IMG/VR virus record: IMGVR_UViG_3300025630_000012
DNA length: 20,000 nt
Direction: 5' to 3' (one strand)
From: an uncultured virus (IMG/VR IMGVR_UViG_3300025630_000012)
Taxonomy: Duplodnaviria; Heunggongvirae; Uroviricota; Caudoviricetes
Part shown: in pieces, positions 16,528 through 20,000 of the stretch
Numbering within the stretch: position 1 is the stretch's first letter
Layout: each line of letters begins with the position of its first letter
Translations under genes and position numbers: made by a program
Notes under the pieces: generated by a model
What the model was told of the DNA's origin: nothing
Databases searched by the model: none
What the model saw: only the letters and a program-made list of their open reading frames with translations

Positions 16528-16671
16528 TTAGGTCAATTCATTAAAAACATTGATTCCCATAAGAACAAAGGCATACAACAACGCAATAAGCAAGGCATAT
16601 TGAATCGTTTTGAAAATGACAGGCAAAACCTTGCTCCAAAAGAACCGCTCTAAATTGTGATATAATTCCAT
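16528..16671 (-). CDS. 47-aa single-TM micro-protein between tRNA genes
   Basis: MELYHNLERFFWSKVLPVIFKTIQYALLIALLYAFVLMGINVFNELT; ATG at 16671, 16 nt after tRNA-Leu. Confidence 0.55.
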   Translation of the reverse strand: MELYHNLERFFWSKVLPVIFKTIQYALLIALLYAFVLMGINVFNELT

Positions 16672-16687
16672 GTTCAATAGTTTTTCG

Positions 16688-16773
16688 TAGTCGGGGCGGG
16701 AATCGAACCCGCACTCTCCGTTCGGAGAAAAGCAGTTTAAGTGCTTCGTGTCTACCAATTCCACCACCCGACC
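16688..16773 (-). tRNA. tRNA-Leu(UAA)
   Basis: GGTCGGG/CCCGACT acceptor; AAGCA-CTTAAAC-TGCTT; long variable arm TCTCC-GAAC-GGAGA; GGTTCGATTCC; no encoded CCA. Confidence 0.92.
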
Positions 16774-16776
16774 AAG

Positions 16777-16850
16777 TACCCCCGACAGGACTCGAACCTG
16801 TAACCTACGCATTAGAAGTGCGTTGCGCTATCCTGTTGCGCTACGAGGGC
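16777..16850 (-). tRNA. tRNA-Arg(UCU)
   Basis: GCCCTCG/CGGGGGT acceptor; ACGCA-CTTCTAA-TGCGT; GGTTCGAGTCC; no encoded CCA. Confidence 0.92.
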
Positions 16851-16899
16851 ATGGGGGCAAATTAGCCCCTATACAATCAAAGCCAACGTGAAGTTGAGA

Positions 16900-17556
16900 T
16901 TACTTTTGAACACTTCGATGTAGTTTGGTCACGTCATAATTAGCGAGACCTTTTCCGCGATTGGCTCTCCACCATTGGCGGTTTTCCGCCTTACGATTTT
17001 CGTGCATGAACTCCTCGCAGTATTGCGCGTATGTTACCAATTCAGAGGTAAAGTTTGAAGTCCTACGCATGAATTGCACGATTTGCGTCTTGGAGAATGA
17101 CTTGCGCTTACGCTTGCGCCCTCGCCCATCGCTCTTTCGTGGGTCTCCCTGTTTGCCCAACGACCACTCGTGGCGGGTCTTGGTATCACTCGACTTTCTC
17201 AAATCCCTCTTTACCTGTTTCTTGACCAAAACTTCGATTTGAGGCTTTGAATCTGCCACAAGGTTTACATCGAGGTTCATGATTTTCGAAATCATGAGTT
17301 CCTTTACCCCCACAATCATTTCCTGATATGTAGGGTATGAAAGAGGCGACTTGTCATCACCTACAATCGTTCTAAAAGCCTCACCATTGTAATTGATAGT
17401 GATGGGCTGACCCGTTACTCGATGAAACGCCTTCATCAATTTCTCAAAGTTCTCCATAGATGGTTTTTTGGAGTTGGACAAATAGTTGACGGGTGCAATG
17501 TATGGAGTGTCGGGTTTACTTCCAAATGACATCGCAATTTTGTAAATTCGCATCAT
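16900..17556 (-). CDS. Basic hypothetical protein (~218 aa), possible N-terminal HTH-like DNA-binding domain
   Basis: Start taken at ATG 17556/17553. NYLSNSKKPSMENFEKL resembles the end of an XRE HTH; RKSDGRGRKRKRK basic patch. Start is uncertain. Confidence 0.6.
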   Translation of the reverse strand: MMRIYKIAMSFGSKPDTPYIAPVNYLSNSKKPSMENFEKLMKAFHRVTGQPITINYNGEAFRTIVGDDKSPLSYPTYQEMIVGVKELMISKIMNLDVNLVADSKPQIEVLVKKQVKRDLRKSSDTKTRHEWSLGKQGDPRKSDGRGRKRKRKSFSKTQIVQFMRRTSNFTSELVTYAQYCEEFMHENRKAENRQWWRANRGKGLANYDVTKLHRSVQK

Positions 17557-18463
17557 GTTCAACAACCCAATTTTTGAATATGCGGGATTCAACAATCCTT
17601 TGGGTTCTGACCCGTATATAGTGTCGTTGGTGAACACAAATGACTTTGAAGAGGAAATCAGCCTTTTTAATGCCCAAGAAAATCTCATAAAAGAAAATTT
17701 AGGACTACCACAGGGTGTTACATCGAATGCCGAATGGATATTTGAGATGCCGTCAGAGCAAACCTTTACGTGCTTTGAGCCGTTGGTTGGATTCAACAAT
17801 AACACCGATTTTTTCTTGGAGGACGAAAACGGGAATGTTTTACGCCAATTCAGGGTGACGGCAACGATAGATTCTTTTAAGGCCATTACGGAGGCTTTCA
17901 ACGGGATTACAAATGAGGCTCTTTATCGGTTTGATAGCGTACCCCCAAGAATCATATTGAATGCTACCTCTGAATTTGCATCTTTCCCATTTGTCCAAGA
18001 TGCAAGATTTGTCTTTTTTGTTACAAGTTTGCAGGAGGCGACTAAGGGTTTGCAGTTGGTGGAATTACGTGCCGTAAACTCTACTACCTATCCGTGCTTG
18101 GATAGATTTGCATTGACCGCAATACAAACGGGATTTAACAACAATGATTCGACGAATGCCTCGTCTTATGCAGAAATTTTGCAGACGACAAACTTTGCCC
18201 CCTTCGGTGTCGATTCTTTGGTTTTGCAGTCGCCAAAAATCACGAAGTTGGCAGAAAACCCCGTCTATGTTACTGAAAAGGACGCCAACGGCAACAGGGA
18301 GCAACAACAAGTCACTCTCTTGCGTAGCCCATATATGCGACCCAACCAAAGAGTCATCAGCAACCTCCGTAAAATTGATGGAGCGACTGAAATAAGTTTT
18401 ACCTTGCCTAAAAGCACCTCTGCCACCCTATTTATCTACGACAAATACCGAATGATGCCATGA
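17555..18463 (+). CDS. Beta-rich protein A (302 aa), paralog of the next gene; candidate jelly-roll capsid/penton protein
   Basis: SDPYI...LFNAQENL and SSY.E.LQ...DANG...PYMR..QR...IDG.T blocks shared with the 18460 protein. Confidence 0.7.
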   Translation: MFNNPIFEYAGFNNPLGSDPYIVSLVNTNDFEEEISLFNAQENLIKENLGLPQGVTSNAEWIFEMPSEQTFTCFEPLVGFNNNTDFFLEDENGNVLRQFRVTATIDSFKAITEAFNGITNEALYRFDSVPPRIILNATSEFASFPFVQDARFVFFVTSLQEATKGLQLVELRAVNSTTYPCLDRFALTAIQTGFNNNDSTNASSYAEILQTTNFAPFGVDSLVLQSPKITKLAENPVYVTEKDANGNREQQQVTLLRSPYMRPNQRVISNLRKIDGATEISFTLPKSTSATLFIYDKYRMMP

Positions 18464-19410
18464 TAAGACGAGAGCAATATGACGTAGCACATGACAATCC
18501 CATTTTGGCGCGTGTAAGACAATTCCACGAATCCAAAAAGAGCGACCCATACATCATTTACGTTGAAAACAAGAACACTTCAAGTCAGCAGGTAACTCTT
18601 TTTGACGCCCAAAACAATCTTGGGGTAAAAGGCAACAATTTATCAGCGGGAATTTCCGTCAATACTGCGTACAATTATACTACGGGCGCAAACTCCACTA
18701 CGTCATTCAATACGGGGACTCAAACGTTCAACGCAGGAACGAACGCTAACTTTACAGAATATCCAAGCGTTATCTATGACTTGGGGGGAAAAACACTCGC
18801 CCAAGCCGAAAGCGAATTTAGCACGAATCCTGATTTTCCGATTTCGGTGCTCATTGTACAAACAGGCGTTACTGACACACTTGAATTTAAGTTTGCCACT
18901 TCGGATAGCACATTAACTAACCTTGACGTGGGACTACAATCTTTTGGCCTCACGCAGTCAACAACGCCTTTTTTCACCTATGGTCAGGCAGGGTCTTCTT
19001 ACAACGAATTTTTGCAACAAATTTCCATACGCCCTATGCACATGGAAGGAAACTTCATCGAGTCAACAAACATCGCGGTAATTCAAACCAATGACTTCAT
19101 CGTGGAGCAAGCTGATGTAACAGGACAATCCGCAAAAACATACATGGTGCTTAATCTCGACCCATATATGAGGTCTTCGCAACGCACGATGCCGACGTTC
19201 AATCTTATAGACGGAACTACATCGCTTACTCTTACGATTGGGCCAAATTCCAAGCAGACCATGTTCTTGTATGCCCTTGAAGAAATGGATAGTGCGGAAG
19301 AACTCGATGAAGCCGTGACACCCGAAACGATGGTCGAGGCAGATGTGTCCAAGCCCACGCGCCCCTTTGACGATTACGAACTACCAACGGATGGTTTTTC
19401 ATCCTTTTAA
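18460..19410 (+). CDS. Beta-rich protein B (316 aa) with acidic C-tail; candidate jelly-roll capsid/penton protein
   Basis: ATGA overlap; colinear conserved blocks with the 17555 protein. Confidence 0.7.
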   Translation: MIRREQYDVAHDNPILARVRQFHESKKSDPYIIYVENKNTSSQQVTLFDAQNNLGVKGNNLSAGISVNTAYNYTTGANSTTSFNTGTQTFNAGTNANFTEYPSVIYDLGGKTLAQAESEFSTNPDFPISVLIVQTGVTDTLEFKFATSDSTLTNLDVGLQSFGLTQSTTPFFTYGQAGSSYNEFLQQISIRPMHMEGNFIESTNIAVIQTNDFIVEQADVTGQSAKTYMVLNLDPYMRSSQRTMPTFNLIDGTTSLTLTIGPNSKQTMFLYALEEMDSAEELDEAVTPETMVEADVSKPTRPFDDYELPTDGFSSF

Positions 19411-19459
19411 TCCGTGTTGAAAAAAGGCAATAAAGTGAACTAATTTTTACCATGCTTCA

Positions 19460-19491
19460 TTTGTAATGATGAGCCACAAATCGTAATCTTG
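19460..19491 (+). promoter_or_regulatory. Bacteroidota sigma70-type promoter (TTTG-N20-TAATCTTG)
   Basis: -33 TTTG at 19460-19463; -7 TAATCTTG at 19484-19491 (one mismatch to TAnnTTTG); 16 nt before ATG 19508. Confidence 0.55.
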
Positions 19492-19507
19492 TGGCAAAAT
19501 CATCAAA

Positions 19508-20000
19508 ATGAATAAAAAGGTTTTATGGATTAGCTTGGCTTCCGTAGCTACATTGGGAGTTGCAGGTTTCTTTGTTTGGAGAGCGGTCAAAAAAAAGAAG
19601 GCAAATAAAGCTCTCGAAGAAAAAACACAAGATGCTGACTATGTAGAGGTGCAGGGTGCGGAAGACACGCAAGACGCTCCGCAGGAACAAGCCGAAGAAC
19701 CGCAACAACAAACTCCGCCTCACATTGACATTGAGGAGAATGTAGTGTACTTATCTGCAAAGTGGTGTCCTGCCTGTAAGCAAAACCAAGAGGTAGCTGA
19801 AAAGCTATACGCTAAATACAAGGACAAGGTAGAGTTTATCATGCTCGATGCTGATGACGAAGACGCGAAAAGCTACGGATACCAATTGCAGATTCGCCAT
19901 ATCCCTACCCTCGCTTTTGTCAATGATGGCGAAAAAATTGATGAACTCGTCGGCCCACAAACGATGGAGCAATACGAGGAAAAAATGGCAAAGTATTTCC
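19508..20000 (+). CDS. Membrane-anchored thioredoxin-family protein (runs off the window end)
   Basis: Read manually: MNKKVLWISLASVATLGVAGFFVWRAVKKKK, acidic Q/E linker, LSAKWCPACK, IRHIPTLAFVNDGEKIDELVG; no stop before 20000. Confidence 0.88.
   Translation, partial: MNKKVLWISLASVATLGVAGFFVWRAVKKKKANKALEEKTQDADYVEVQGAEDTQDAPQEQAEEPQQQTPPHIDIEENVVYLSAKWCPACKQNQEVAEKLYAKYKDKVEFIMLDADDEDAKSYGYQLQIRHIPTLAFVNDGEKIDELVGPQTMEQYEEKMAKYF

Noticed and set aside
16672..16812. N-terminal half of the 94-aa ORF (and ORF 16232-16501)
   Set aside because: These are translations of tRNA genes.
16447..16850. tRNAs as a host integration site (att)
   Set aside because: Virus-like genes continue on both sides; no integrase or duplicated tRNA 3' end seen.
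17557..17901. N-terminal 115 aa of the 333-aa minus-strand ORF as real protein
   Set aside because: Antisense to a well-supported plus-strand gene with a paralog; non-ATG start; treated as an open shadow frame.
1..20000. Eukaryotic giant virus/virophage origin or alternative genetic code
   Set aside because: Amidase endolysin, RecT, T9SS CTDs, bacterial-type tRNAs and ATGA-coupled operons indicate a bacterial host; standard-code ORFs tile the window.

Overview
Gene-dense segment that reads as a virus (phage or provirus) of an aquatic Bacteroidota (Flavobacteriia-like) host. Host inference: A-rich translation starts without obvious Shine-Dalgarno sites, TAnnTTTG-like promoter boxes, and type IX secretion (T9SS) C-terminal domains. 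1-8055 (+): C-terminally anchored and very small membrane proteins, a cluster of small basic proteins (DUF5754/Tlr6F-like, DUF5824-like), a holin-like and a spanin-like protein, spike/fibre-like proteins including an RCC1-like propeller, and a T7-type amidase endolysin. 8104-12662 (+): three secreted proteins with T9SS sorting domains (a near CTD-only protein, an M43 metalloprotease with a dockerin-like domain, and an acidic GCTD-repeat protein). 12641-17556 (-): early-type operon with HTH proteins, tRNA-Arg(UCU), tRNA-Leu(UAA), tRNA-Ile2(CAU), a PD-(D/E)XK nuclease, RecT and a sulfotransferase-like gene. 17555-20000 (+): two paralogous beta-rich proteins (jelly-roll capsid/penton candidates) and a membrane-anchored thioredoxin. 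No terminase, portal, tape measure, integrase, CRISPR array or reverse transcriptase is visible in the window. Family assignments come from recognising motifs by eye, not from database searches.
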